A stretch of DNA of 63,184 nt, the filler included, from Asterionella formosa (Eukaryota): assembly GCA_002256025.1 (NCBI GenBank). It is 26 parts of 26 records of this genome, joined end to end, with 100 filler letters (N's around TTAATTAATTAA, not from the genome) between each part and the next. Parts side by side here need not be neighbours in the genome. Positions count along the whole stretch, not along the records: positions 14,179 to 31,556 come from NKIB01004468.1; positions 31,657 to 32,736 come from NKIB01004469.1; positions 32,837 to 33,916 come from NKIB01004470.1; positions 34,017 to 35,096 come from NKIB01004471.1; positions 35,197 to 36,276 come from NKIB01004472.1; 21 more parts are not named here. One strand, written 5' to 3'. Below the pieces are notes generated by a model, which had not been told where the DNA came from, did no database searches, and saw nothing but the letters and a program-made list of their open reading frames with translations. The translations under genes and the position numbers were made by a program. Numbering within the stretch: position 1 is the first letter of the stretch; each line of letters starts with the position of its first letter. Below, piece after piece: positions 23,008-36,376 of this stretch.

Positions 23008-24966
23008 TTATACTTCCCAATCGTCCCCTTCTCTAGGTGTTCGAAAAAAAGTATTGATACGTCCAGTTTTCAATCCCCATTCTCGCAATCGGTGTAGCCG
23101 TCGCTTGTCTAGACCAAACTTCCAACACATCGCAACCGACGAAATATTTCCGTTTAAGCAATTACTTTCCAAAAGTTCCATGAACAACTGCTCTTCGGAC
23201 AGTTTAGAATCGGCGTCTTGGGAGGCAGCATGGCTGTCTTCCTTCCAATTCACAGCTGGATATGCACCTAGGCCGTACGACACAAAATATTCATTCATTG
23301 CAACCACTATGTTCTTTGCACGGAGCCACACTGCCATGGCGAACAATGTTTCTCCCATTAGGGAATTGGTAGTTTCTTCAACACGCAACTCACTATCGTT
23401 TGGACAACCGTCGACTTCTACCAAAGTAGATGCAATTCCAGGTTGCGACGGCGATATGGCTTGCGCAAAAACAGCAGACAGGACACTCCCAACTAGTTCA
23501 CTTTCCTCGCCTTGCCCACTCGTTGTCCTTTTGATAAGCTCTCCCAACGTGAGCCCTTTCGAAGTCAAAATGCTCACGACGGTAAAAATGGAAAGGTGGT
23601 AAAATTGCTCCGAAAAATCCAAAGTGAACTGCTGCATTCTTGAAATGGCGTTGTCAGTACAGGCCAACACTGTTGACTTGGTCATGACATGAGAAGCAAT
23701 GCAAGCCTGATGGCCAACAAGGAACGACGCCATTTCCATCACGGCAGGTAGCGACAAGGCCACGTCTGTAGCAATATCCGCCAGGGATTTGCTTGGATTA
23801 GTCATGACTAACAACTGTTGTAAGCGTGCCGTTGATGATGGCAAACTTGCCACCAAGTCAGCAGCAGAGGAGTGAGGAAACAGCAGGGTGTGGTAGGGTC
23901 GAACCAATGGCATGGATTCTAGAAAGCTAATTCCAGATGTAGCTTCGATCGGAACAGCAACATGTCGATTAATGTATACAATACCATCACGTCCACTAAG
24001 CAGCGTTGAGGGTGTTGGTGGAAAATCTGTGTCATTCCTCGACAATGCGTGATACACATGTACCATCTCTCGTGCAATGTTGCCATGTGTGTGTGTTCCA
24101 GTACTTGGTGCCGACATCATTATTTCAAATATTTCTTGATCTCGTTCCTGTCTTACGGTAACGGATACATCGGGTTCCTGCATCGGTTTCGCGGCATCAA
24201 TCGTTTCCGTTAGTGTAGACGGGGATGGAGAACTGGGTGTTAGCGTCCTTCGGTGCCTTCGAACTTTGGTGTTGTCTGAAGGAGTGGTATTTACACTGTT
24301 GGCAGCACTGTTCTGCCGTTTCGTCTCCTTAAGTGAATGAAAGTCATCATTTATCTGAATCATATGGGCTGCTTGGAAGGATATATAACGACATCGACGT
24401 TCTTCTCGCTCTAGCACTCGGCACAATCTAAGCAGCGATACATGAACTCGACGAATAGCTAGAAACGACTTCGACGCTTTAGCAAATGCCGGCAGGCTTG
24501 CCGTTGCGTTTCCAGTGAGTATAGCGCTTTCGGGAGACTCGGTAGGGGATTTGTCGCCATCGAACCAACCAGAAATCGGAATCGTTGATGTTGGAACCGA
24601 TTGTGTTAACGCCACGACAACGCTGAAAAGAACCAGAGCCGACTCTGTTTCGTCGCCTTCTGCTTGCAGCTCTTTGTCTTCCAAAAGGACGGCCCTGCAG
24701 CAAAAGACAGTCCCTCCCACACTAATCGTCATGGGTTGGCCGCACAGAGGTTTCTTCGGTCTAAATAATTTCGCCATAACTCTCGGTGGAAGCGTAAAGA
24801 AGAGACCGGCGTCCCTTTCCTTCGATGGAAGATGCTCGTCTGTCACTGGATATCGCAAAACCAAGCGAGCGCCTTTTCCTCGTTCTTCGACCACCAAGGC
24901 GATTCCGGTGACGAGGAACGTTGATTTCTCGGGGAATTCCTGAGTGTCTGACGTTTCCCGCGACAT
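23008..24966 (-). CDS. NPRL3: GATOR1/SEACIT subunit NPRL3 (nitrogen permease regulator 3-like)
   Basis: The longin-like N-terminus reads GIALVV..GKGARLVLRYP and MAKLFRPKKPLCGQPMTISV. Further motifs are LEREERRCRYIS and VRPYHTLLF. The first ATG is at 24966. Confidence 0.8.
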   Translation of the reverse strand: MSRETSDTQEFPEKSTFLVTGIALVVEERGKGARLVLRYPVTDEHLPSKERDAGLFFTLPPRVMAKLFRPKKPLCGQPMTISVGGTVFCCRAVLLEDKELQAEGDETESALVLFSVVVALTQSVPTSTIPISGWFDGDKSPTESPESAILTGNATASLPAFAKASKSFLAIRRVHVSLLRLCRVLEREERRCRYISFQAAHMIQINDDFHSLKETKRQNSAANSVNTTPSDNTKVRRHRRTLTPSSPSPSTLTETIDAAKPMQEPDVSVTVRQERDQEIFEIMMSAPSTGTHTHGNIAREMVHVYHALSRNDTDFPPTPSTLLSGRDGIVYINRHVAVPIEATSGISFLESMPLVRPYHTLLFPHSSAADLVASLPSSTARLQQLLVMTNPSKSLADIATDVALSLPAVMEMASFLVGHQACIASHVMTKSTVLACTDNAISRMQQFTLDFSEQFYHLSIFTVVSILTSKGLTLGELIKRTTSGQGEESELVGSVLSAVFAQAISPSQPGIASTLVEVDGCPNDSELRVEETTNSLMGETLFAMAVWLRAKNIVVAMNEYFVSYGLGAYPAVNWKEDSHAASQDADSKLSEEQLFMELLESNCLNGNISSVAMCWKFGLDKRRLHRLREWGLKTGRINTFFRTPREGDDWEV

Positions 24967-26487
24967 TGTTGATCTGCTATTTTCTTGAAGGGCAGATTTT
25001 GAGAGCGACTGAAGTGTTGCTGAGGAATTCCTGGTGCGTAATTCGGACAAGGGCAGTCTCCGTTTGTAACCGCACTGATGCAAAAATTACATTTGATTGC
25101 AATGAGCTCTTCGTACTTCCGTTTATAACGAAAGTCTGGCACACGTTTATGGGAAAGACGATACTGTGCGGCAGCGGGAACCAAATTAGTATTTGGCAGA
25201 TCCAAGCAATCTGACAACCCTTATCATCATAAATATTTCTAGCTTGTGACCATCATGAAATTACCGGTATTCTATTTGTCATCAAATATAGGTATACATA
25301 CATACCGGTAGTCCCATTGACCATGCATCTAAGCCGCGAAATACGCCACTTTTCGAAATTTGTTCTACGTAGGAGAGTTAATTATGTGGTACTTCACATG
25401 AATTAATGCCACAATGCCCGGAGAAAAGATTACTTTTAACGGTTTCATGTGAAGATTTCACAAAAAACTTTGAACTTGAGACTGAATTAGTTGATGTTTC
25501 AAATAATTCATTTCAAAGGTCAACTAAGACCCTGCTCTCATGGCTAATTCATTTACGACATGCATCTTCCTTTGTGAAATAGTCAGGATATTTGTGGTGT
25601 CTTAATTCATACTACCAGATACAGTTTATGGTTGTGCACTTCACGAAAATAATATTTACTGTTTTGCTGAACAAGATTACTTATCGTGGTTTTATGTGAT
25701 GGCTGGCTGGTTCACAATCATACAGTTATTTCCAAGGCAGGACTAGTTGATGTTACAACAAAACATTTTACAAGTTCAAGATAAATTTTTTAGAGGACAA
25801 ATCATTGCGAAAGACGACTTCACTACAAATTGTTTTATTGCAATCTGCCCTGAATTGATTGAGAAAAACGGAACGAAATGGATCTCGAGAAATATCGCGA
25901 CATGATTTGTGAGGATGCAAGCAACAACCAACCCTAATGAGGAAAAAACAGGTACAGAACGAAACATTTAATATTGAATTTGAAATGCTAAACTAAATAT
26001 CTATTCGAATTAGTGTGTGTTATCGACTGCAAATCTTCGGAGTGCTATTGGGCATGAATTGATGGAGAAAATCGAAGCGATGTGGTTGTCGGCAAGTGGG
26101 TGGTTTACACTACACGACTTTATGTTTTCGGAAAAGAAGATGAAGTCAGGGCAAGAAATTCCCGGATCATGTCTGTTAACTATTTTTTCAATGGTGTGGA
26201 ATGATGGGTTCAGAGAACATGCACCTAGAAAAGGATTTCACATTGCTGTTTTGGCTATGTATATCTATCAATGACACTTTATTCATACCACAATATACAT
26301 CAACATGGAAGTTAAGTCTCGTTTCTTGTTTGACTGATCCTTTCCATGAAATCCGTGAAGTGCCATTTGGAAAGCAAGTTGTCAAAGGGCCCGAAGACTA
26401 TGATGTAAAACAGTGGAAGGGAAACGCGGAGCTTATTGTGGCGCTTGTGGAGGTGGAACTGGTGTGATGGTAACCAAGTGTAGTAAT

Positions 26488-27688
26488 TGTTGAACAGAGC
26501 ACAGTGTAATATGCATGTTCCGCTAGCGTAGTGTTTACACAATACACATGCCGGCATATATATAGCTAAAACAACGAAAGAAGACACGACAATGAACGTG
26601 ATGGCTGGTTGTTGAGGATACCGGTACGTGACATGCATCAATCCATATCACAAATCATATTTTAGTGATGTACATATCAATGCATCCGTATACTTAGATC
26701 CTATCCACTGTATAATACTATCATATTAAGTGTTGACTTTAACTGTATACATTGAATGACAAACATATATATTAATTAACATACTTTTCGATTGCTTGAT
26801 TTATATTCTATGATGTCTTGGTAACACTTGCGTACATATTTGCCCCCCTTATCGTACTTTATTGTCATTTTACTATTTTTACAGAATCATATTTTGATCA
26901 AAATTATATCATATACATTTTAAAAAATCATCACAGTTCTATGATCAATGCATCATAGCTATGTGATGTACATCATTCAATATTACGTATCATACTTTGG
27001 TGATGTATGCATCGATGTAACCCTATCATGATATCATCTTTTCAATCATGATGAGATGATTGGGAACTGTAGTATTCTGCATCGTACTACGGAGCATGAT
27101 ATTATAACACGCACTTTAGTAGCTAACAAGTCACTCCGCCTGTAATGTACAAAAGTCGACAGTGCACATACTCATACGCTAATCAGGTTTGAGGAAACGG
27201 ACAGTGGTTCCAACGAGCGAATGATGATACCACGAGTACCAATTTTTCCAGCGAAAGAACTTGTCTCTCTATTGATGAGGATGACAGGGACACCAACTTT
27301 TCCAGGAGCAAACAACAATGAAGAGACCCAGCCACTTGTCGCTCTATTGATGTTAACAAAGATGCGGACAACTTCAACAGTGAATACAATGCAAGAATAT
27401 CATACCAATGAAAACAAGTCGACAGTGTGTGTACACACACGCCAAGCAGGTTTGAGGCAACAGACAATTCCAACAAGCAAATGACGATACAGATATCAAA
27501 TTCTTCCTACGAGCAAACAACAATGAAAAGAGCCACTTGCTTTCGCTCTCTTGATGGTATCAAAGATGCTGACAAGTTCAATAGTTAATTCAAGTACAGT
27601 ATGCCAAATGCAGAAACGAGCGAGCGACATGAAAATGAAATTCTAATCAGAATCATTCTATAACTATAAATATGTGGACAGTAGTCTG
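26488..27688 (+). repeat. Dispersed repeat family A, copy 2 (includes a diverged internal ~260-bp duplication)
   Basis: It has the same TGTTGAACAGAGC start as copy 1. AAGTCGACAGTG...CAGGTTTGAGG...GAGCAAACAACAATGAA...CCACTTG occurs twice. Confidence 0.9.
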
Positions 27689-27859
27689 TTACGCACATTT
27701 TCGTATCTCCTTCTATACTGAATCTCAATAGTAGATGTAGTATCATGTGAGAATTGAAAATGTCAATGAGAACAAAAAGTAGAATGTGTTTGTTTTCGGG
27801 TTGATTGGCGAAATTGTCATACTGAAGTGGACGAAACGGATTTACTTTGCGCGCTGTGT

Positions 27860-30800
27860 GCGGAAACATTACGAGTTCGAATGGTTTCTTCTCTCCTGTA
27901 AACTCTTAATTGAATGATTATGAACAAATGCAACCTTGAGTCTACAAAAAGTGACCCCGATGAATGGTTCATTAAACTCGACATGATTCGCAACAGATTA
28001 ACGCAAATCAATAGCTCTTTTCAGAAACAAAACATTGAAGTCATTGCCCACATAATTGACAAGCTTCGACAAGCTTCCTTCTGAGTATAGTGAGGTGATC
28101 TCAGTTGTGGAAGGAATGACACGGAAATCACTCTAACAGAACTGAAGAACCAAAATCCGGGCTTTTTACAAACGCAAGTTCAAAACTGAAAAGTCATCTA
28201 ACGAGATAGCCCCATTCGCAGGAGGAAAGTTCAAAGGTCTTTGTCGCAACTGCGGGAAGCAAGGACACAAATCGGCGGATTGTCGTTCTAAAGGATCAAA
28301 AGCGGATGGAGAGAAGACCAGAAAAGGCATAAAGTGGTGTTTCAATTGCAACAAATTTGCCGGTCACATCGCCAAGGACTGCCCTGAGGAGAAGAAGAAG
28401 ACTGCTGACAAGAAGGAGATGTCGGTTTTTGTCGGTTTTGCTGTCGAAGCTGAAGAGGAAGAGATCCATCGTTTCGGATATATTTCTGATAACAATAATA
28501 ATTATTATTATTATAATTTTGAGTATTGTGCATTGTGTGGAGGAGAAGAACAATGGTTGGCCGACACTGGAGCCACCAGTCACATCACATCCAGTGAACT
28601 TGGTATGACAAATGTTGAAAAGGTCAAGGTGCGCGTGATTGTTGGTGATGGAAAGGAAGTTCTATGCACAAAACGAGGTGACGTTTTGGTGACATCGAGC
28701 AATGGAAAGACCCTACATTTGAACAAAAACCTATATACTCTGCTTTTCCACAAGAATATTGTGAGTATCGGAGTTTTCGTACAGAAATCAGACTACTAAG
28801 TCAGTATCAAAGGACAGACGCTCAGTCTAAGTAAGACAAATGAAGTCGAGAACATTGAGTTTAAATCAGAAGGCAAAGAGCTCCTGTACTTTTTTCAGAA
28901 GGCAAAGAGCTCCTGTACTACTTTGAAGGCACACGTGACCTTGGTACTACTGAAACCGTCATGCATGACTAGTACAACTACCACGCAATCACCAGTTATC
29001 ACACCTGCTAAGCAAATCAAAATTGAAATCAACGAGGTACATGATAAATTCGGACACATTGGTGAGGTGGCACTACGAGCTACATTGAAGATGCTGAATA
29101 TCGAAGCTACAGGCAGTCTCACACCTTGTGAAGGGTGCGCACTCGCCAAGGCTAAGGCCAAAGCAGTACCAAAGTTCTCTACAACAAGAGCAACTCATGC
29201 AGGTGAGCGTTTGTGTACTGACATCAGCGGGCCCTACAAAAAGTCTATCATTGGAAGCAATTAATGGGTCCTTGTTGTAGATGACTATAGTAGCAAAGCA
29301 TGGAGCTTCTTTGTTAAGAAGAAAAGTGAAATGTCGAAAATTGTCGAAAACCTTGTCATCAAGTTGAAAAGTGCTAATTACATCCTCAAAAAACTTCGAT
29401 ATGACAATGGTGGCGAAACTGTCAAAGCATTATCTGAGCTATGCGAGAAACACGGCCTTGCTATCGAAATGACTGCCCCCTACATGCCTCAGCAGAACGG
29501 CACTGTCGAACGTAAATTTGTGACCATATGTGACCACAGCTCTGTCGCCATGATAAAAGCGAAATTCTCCGAAGAGGCTCAAGGAACACTCTGGGCGGAA
29601 GCTGCCAACACACAAGACTCAGAAATATTGTGTCCAATTCCAGTGGCTCAAAATGTCCTGACTGGAAATTTTACGACAAAAAACCTATGATCTTCAGGAA
29701 TCTTATTGAATTTGGTTGCATCGGATATGTCACCCTTGGACAAAGACAAAAGAAACTAGACCCCAAGGCAGTTTAATGTGTCATGATTGGATACTCCAAT
29801 GATCATGCTGGCGATACCTACCGGATGTACAACCCTGTGACAAAAAAGGTAATCAACAGCAGAAATATCCGATGGGTCACCTGGCATGGAATATGCGATC
29901 CAACAGCCAATATGTCCACATTTACCGGTAATGCAGCAGACGCACTTGGTATTGACGGATCCCAAATGGAAGATGCACAAGACTATGAACTGCATAATGA
30001 TGATGCGTCTGAGGATGTCATAAACACTCCTACAAATGCCGCCCCTAATGAAGAAATGCAACTATTGGCACCCAGACATCAACAAGTTAACTTTGAAGTT
30101 TCAGAAACAGGTGGCCAAGGAAGTGATATTTCTAAAAATTCAACCACAAAACTTGAGCGTGAACTCAAACGCATTGCATGGATCGATGTCCTAGTACCTA
30201 AAGGAGCTAGGAGAGCTTTAAAACTTTCCTCTGACCAAACTCCTAAAACTTCCAGCCACCTTGATGACGAAAATGAAGTTGCGGATGAAGAAGATGCACC
30301 AAAAGGAAGTCCATGTAATCTACAGCACAACACTAGCCTCTGATCCTGGAGAACCAAAATCCTACAAAGCTGCAATGAACGATCCAGATCGTGAAAAATG
30401 GATTATTGCGATCAAAACGGAAATTGACAACTTCTGCAAAAGAGGGGTTTGGAAGCAATTCTCCAGGAACAAACTTAATGGAAGGAAACCTCTGGGAACA
30501 AGTTGGGTTTTTAAAAAGAAGCAAGAACAAGATTTATCAACCAGATTCAAAGGAAGAGTTGTGGTCAAAGGCTATGTCCAGATTCCTGGAGTTGACTTCA
30601 CAGACTCCTTTGCACCTGTTGCCATGGATTCTGCTATGCAAACCATTTTTGCTATCACACTATACCATGGACACAAAAAACCTGAAGAATGCTGGATTTG
30701 TGAAGTCATCGATGTGGAAGCAGCATTCCTTGAAGCAGATATGGATGAAAATATCTACATTGAATGGCCTGAGGGAGTTAAAGAATTTGGATATGTCACT

Positions 30801-31556
30801 GAACAAGAATTGCAGACCTCGTGCATCCTATTGGACAAAGCTATGTATGGTACTGTCCAAGCAGCTTTGCAATGGATCAAGAAGCTTGTCCAATGTCTGC
30901 TGAATATGGGAATGACCCAGAGTTAGGTGGATTCTTGTGTGTTCTACCTCAAAAGTGACAATAAATTAAATTTATTGGTTAGGACACATGTTGATGATTG
31001 CGCGATTGCCGGAAAGCCATCAGACATTCTTGCCTTCAAGAAAGAAATAAAGGATTATTTTACAATTAAGGAACTCGGACAGCTAAACAAACACCTTGGT
31101 TTCTGGTATGAATTGGGATCTGATAAAGATGGACGCTACCTGGAATCGAACATGGAAGATTTCGTCCAGGGAATGTTTGAAGATTTTAAAGATCTATTTG
31201 GACGCCTCCCTAAGATTGCAAGCACACCAGCAGTACCTGGATCAAGCCTAAGAAAGAATACAGATGGAGAAATTGTCCTACTATCGGAGTACCGCTCAAT
31301 GTTTGGGAAAATACTCTACTTTGTCAAGAAAGTCTCTCCGGTTTGTGCAAATGCATGCATAGAATTGTCTCAAAATTTGGAGAGTCCCAACAAGTCACAC
31401 TGGAAAATAAGAACTCCAATTGAGTTACGTCCACAGGATATTGTTGACACGTCATTTGGCGACAATAAGGACACACGAAAGAGCACTAGTGCCTACTTGG
31501 GTACAATCGGTGGAACTGCATTGATCAATTGGATTTCAAAAGGGCAGAACATCGTT
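27860..31556 (+). mobile_element. Decayed Ty1/copia gag-pol: gag, two CCHC knuckles, protease, integrase, RT, RNase H
   Basis: Motifs in order: DPDEWF; CRNCGKQGHKSADC; CFNCNKFAGHIAKDC; WLADTGATSH; HDKFGH..PCEGC; TDISGPY..YDNGGE..QQNGTVER; RFKGRVVVKGYVQIPGVDF; IDVEAAFL; AMYGTVQA; THVDD; TRKSTSAY. There are many stops and frameshifts. Confidence 0.95.
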
Positions 31557-31656
31557 NNNNNNNNNNNNNNNNNNNNNNNNNNNNNNNNNNNNNNNNNNNN
31601 TTAATTAATTAANNNNNNNNNNNNNNNNNNNNNNNNNNNNNNNNNNNNNNNNNNNN

Positions 31657-32736
31657 TGTTGAGGATACCGGTATGTGATATGCATCAATCCATATCACAA
31701 ATCATATTATAGTTATATACATATCAACGCATCCATATACTTAGATCCCATCCACTGTATAATACTATCATAATAACTGTTGACTTTAACTGTATACATT
31801 AAATGACAAAAATATATATTAATTCAGATACTTTATGATCGCTTGATTTATTTTCTATGATGTCTTGGTAACACTTGCGTACATATTTTATCGTATTTTA
31901 TTGTCATTGTACTATTTTAACATAATCATATTTTGATCAAAATTATATCATAAACATTTTATAAAATCATCATAGTTTTATGATCAATGTATCATAGCTA
32001 TGTGATGTACTTTATTCAATATTACGTATCATACTTTGATGATGTATGCATCGATGTACCCTTATCATGATATCACAGTATCATCTTATCAATCATGATG
32101 AGATGATTGGGAAGCAACTGTATTATGCATCGTGCTATGGGGTATATTATTATATCACGCAATTTAGTAGCTAACAAGTCACTCCGCCAGTAATGTACTA
32201 AAGTCAACAGTGCACATACTCACATGCATAATCAGGTTTGAGACAACGGACAGTGGTTCCAACGAGCGAATGATGATACCACGGGTACCAGTTTTTCCAG
32301 CGAAAGAACTTGTCTCTCTATTGATGAGGACAACACGGACACCGACTTTTCCAGGAGCAAACAACAATGAAGAGACCCACTTGTCGCTCTATTGATGTTA
32401 ACAAAGATGCGGAAAATTCAACAGTGAATACAAGAACAAGATACCAATAAAAACAAGTCGACAGTGTGTGTTCGCACACGCCAAGCAGGTTTGAGGCAAC
32501 GGACAATTCCAACAAGCAAATGACGATACAGATATCAAATTTTTCCTTCGAGCAAACAACAATGAAAAGAGCCACTTGCTTTCGCTCTCTTGAGGGTATC
32601 AAAGATGCGGACAAGTTCAATAGTTAATTCAAGTACAGTATGCCAAATGCATAAACGAGCGAGCAATATGAAAATGAAATGCATTCTAATCAGAATCATT
32701 CTATAACTAGGCTATAGCTATGTGGACAGTAGTCTG
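31657..32736 (+). repeat. Dispersed repeat family A, copy 3 (fills the whole contig)
   Basis: Colinear with 26609-27688. Confidence 0.9.
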
Positions 32737-35196
32737 NNNNNNNNNNNNNNNNNNNNNNNNNNNNNNNNNNNNNNNNNNNNTTAATTAATTAANNNNNNNN
32801 NNNNNNNNNNNNNNNNNNNNNNNNNNNNNNNNNNNNACTGGATACACATGCAACATTTTATTGGGTGTTGGCCGATGCGATATCCACCTGGTACCAGCTA
32901 CCGGTACCAGGTACATGGTACTCCTGGTACCAGGTACCGGTAGCTGATCATCATTGGTCATAGCACGGGCTGTGTGCGAGTACCAGTACATCTCTCGTAC
33001 ATAGAATGCACTTTCAAATATTTTTCGAGACGCCGGGTTGTACATGTGACACATAATTTTTCATATCAGCACACTACCAGTACCGTAACTCTACCAGTAT
33101 GTACAGCCAGCGATGAAGAATCTATATAGTATGTGTATTTCAGGGTATATGAGAAGGAATCTATATACGCACGCGCAAATTTCCACTGATTTAAATATTT
33201 CAAACGGAATCATCGATATTCAAAATTAGCGCATAAAAGTTCTTAGTTCCAGGGAATTTCGGCAACCCGGGTTCAAATGCAGGAACCTGAAGCTAAACAG
33301 TTAGCTATCTTTATCCCATATTAGATTGTTTATAAAAGCAAAATGACCGGCACTTGCTCGGGTACTGCCCGGGTACCAGGTACCAGGTACCAGTAGGTTC
33401 ATAGTTGTATCCCACTCTGGCCCTAGCATTTGGTTTGCAATCTTTACTCCCTGACTCAGAGAACCAGAAAACTCGAAAACTTTGTGGATGAGTAATATTA
33501 CTCAAAGAAGAGTAGAGTCATGCCATCATCAGCAAGTCTGATGTCAGATGATATTCCCCACTCAAGCCCCTTCTCGCCTGTGAATGGCTTGGGTACATTA
33601 AATATGTATCCCACTCATAGTACCTCATGCATTTGTCTAGAGCAGAAGGTTCATTTATTGTCTGCATGACTTTTATTACAAGAATGGCGTCAGTCCACCC
33701 ATGATAGCTAGTACCAGTGGGTCGAACAAGATTTTCTTTGCTTTGCTGTTAAACAATAGGCTATGTCAATTAGTGGACCATTGACATTTTCAAATTCAGT
33801 CACGGCAGCAGTGTACATTGGGGGGTCCAAGACAATGAAGTATACGGTAACCATGTAACCACATGAGTACGGTTTGTGTTTACAAGCTTGATTGTGGAGG
33901 GCGACAATAAGGACACNNNNNNNNNNNNNNNNNNNNNNNNNNNNNNNNNNNNNNNNNNNNTTAATTAATTAANNNNNNNNNNNNNNNNNNNNNNNNNNNN
34001 NNNNNNNNNNNNNNNNAAGCATCTAGAATGCAAGCAGAGAATAGCTCATATGGCCATCTAGAGTACCTCTTTCAACCGGGCCATGAAGGAGAACTTGATG
34101 CTTTGCTCAACGATCTACGTTAGGTCCAAGGAAACAATACTACGTTACTTTTTTCAATTGAAAAAATATTTAAGCAAACAAGTAATCAAATGTTCGAGGT
34201 AAACTTTTCATCTTGAAATGATGCATGTACTTTCTTAGGCAGCATGTAGTTTTACTTGAATTGCAGCTTGCTTGGTCAAGTTTCTTGCCATGTTTGGAAT
34301 GTGAACATGATTTGCACTTGTTCTGCATATTGTGTCATTTGCCGAAAACGTGCTCATTACTCATTACAATATTATTTGCCCTAGTACCGGGTATAACAGT
34401 AGCAGAGAATAACATGATTGGCCATCTCGAACACCTCGTCCAACCTAGTCAGCACGCAGCACTTGAAACTTTGTTGGACAATTAGATTGGCGTCGTAACA
34501 TCTATTTGTCGTGATCAAACATGTTCTCTCGGTTTCATTTTGATGTTGACCTTGCTTGCTTGGGTGCGTGCGTGCATACTATAATAGTAAGGTATTATTC
34601 GAATTGAGATCAAAGTACGTACATACTAATAACACAAATTAGGCGCCTTGGCCAGGCCACTTCCCTCATACACAGCAGTATTGAATTATATTTCAAAATT
34701 GGCGTCAAAGAGTTGAGTAATTTAGGTATCATCATGATCATACTTTACATGCAACCTTTGCCGTAGTGACGATGTAGATACATGGATTCAAATCATGACA
34801 AGTCACAAGTGAGTCGACTCACATAACATTAAAAAAAGCACATGATTGGCAATGTTGGCTAATACTACTGGAACGCGAAAACACATGGATAAGTAGAGGT
34901 TGTTCAAGCAGTCTTTATTGCTTGCGTTCAGCAGCAAACAATCCAATGTTCATGTGCCCTTCTGTAGGGTCTTGAACTCCCAACTCTTCCAACAATTCCA
35001 CCACCCATGTGCTCTTGCGAGGGCCTTGGGCAGTCTTGACACGGTAATCTCCTCGCCGGCTCAAAAACACCAATGATTGGTAGCGTCCAACTCGCTNNNN
35101 NNNNNNNNNNNNNNNNNNNNNNNNNNNNNNNNNNNNNNNNTTAATTAATTAANNNNNNNNNNNNNNNNNNNNNNNNNNNNNNNNNNNNNNNNNNNN

Positions 35197-36276
35197 GTGA
35201 TGGGGCTCATTGCTTGGTTTTCCCAGTCCTCTGATACTGGAGGTAATCATTTTGATTGGGTTCATGAGTTTTCTGCTGAAACTTTCTCCATCTTCTTATC
35301 ACCCCCTGCATCATCATCCCTCCCAGCTTCCTCTGGTACCACCCCTCCTGATAACCCCATGACAACCAAGCCCCTTCCACCAAACCATTCCCCTCCTGCT
35401 GGGGGCGGCACAGGCTCTCAATATTCCCCATCTCCTAGTCATGCATACATCCATTCCTACCATGATGCAATTTTGTTGGCAGATACAACAGACCTTGCAC
35501 GTCGTTCTGACACAGCTCCCACTGGTGCACTCTTAACTGCTCACCCCCTTTGGCAATCCTCTGCTCTCAAGGATGCAATCAACATTGACAAGAAAACATT
35601 CTTGACAACAGATCTGCCAACACTGTCTCTCTCAACTCCTTCTGCCATTCATGACTGGTACCGCAAGTTCACCCAACAGGCTACCTCCACTCAAATTGAC
35701 CTGTGCCCTTTGCGTCATTTTAAAAAGGGACATGCCCTGTGGCCTCATAATCTCCCTATCCCACTTGTCTTTGAAATGGGTAGTCTCATCCTCTTGAAAC
35801 TTCAATCAAAGGCTGCACTAGACCTCTCCAATCAGGTTATCAATCTCCTTTACCTTGAGCACATCACATATTCTGACAGCAAGTTAGCTGGGTATTACTT
35901 CTTGCATGCTCTCTTGGCCCATGCTGCCGACTCCTCCACCTCTACCCTGGCATCTTTACCCTTGTACTCAGATTCTGCTGATCCTGTCAGTTTTGCTTCT
36001 GCTCTCCTAGCATATCGGCAGGGTGAGCTCTCCAAAGACCGCCAGTATACCAGCCGGGAACTCTCTCTCCACTTCCTTCGTGAACTTGATCTTCATTCCT
36101 TTCCAATCCAAGTACAGCTAAAAGCAGTTGAGGACCTGGCCCCTGATTGCCCTGTCCCACCTTCTCTCCTTATCCCAAATTTGGCATTGGTCCTGGCACA
36201 GCATCCTCCTCATACTCCCTCCCTCACTCATACTGGCACTTTCACACCTCTTGCTCATCGTATCACCACCCCTCAT
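35197..36276 (+). CDS. Open, truncated Ser/Pro/Leu-rich ORF, possibly an LTR-retrotransposon gag-like region
   Basis: The ORF is open across the whole contig and is C-rich but CpG-poor. HDWYRKF...IDLCPL and GYYFLHALL resemble diatom Copia gag regions as recalled. Confidence 0.4.
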
Positions 36277-36376
36277 NNNNNNNNNNNNNNNNNNNNNNNN
36301 NNNNNNNNNNNNNNNNNNNNTTAATTAATTAANNNNNNNNNNNNNNNNNNNNNNNNNNNNNNNNNNNNNNNNNNNN

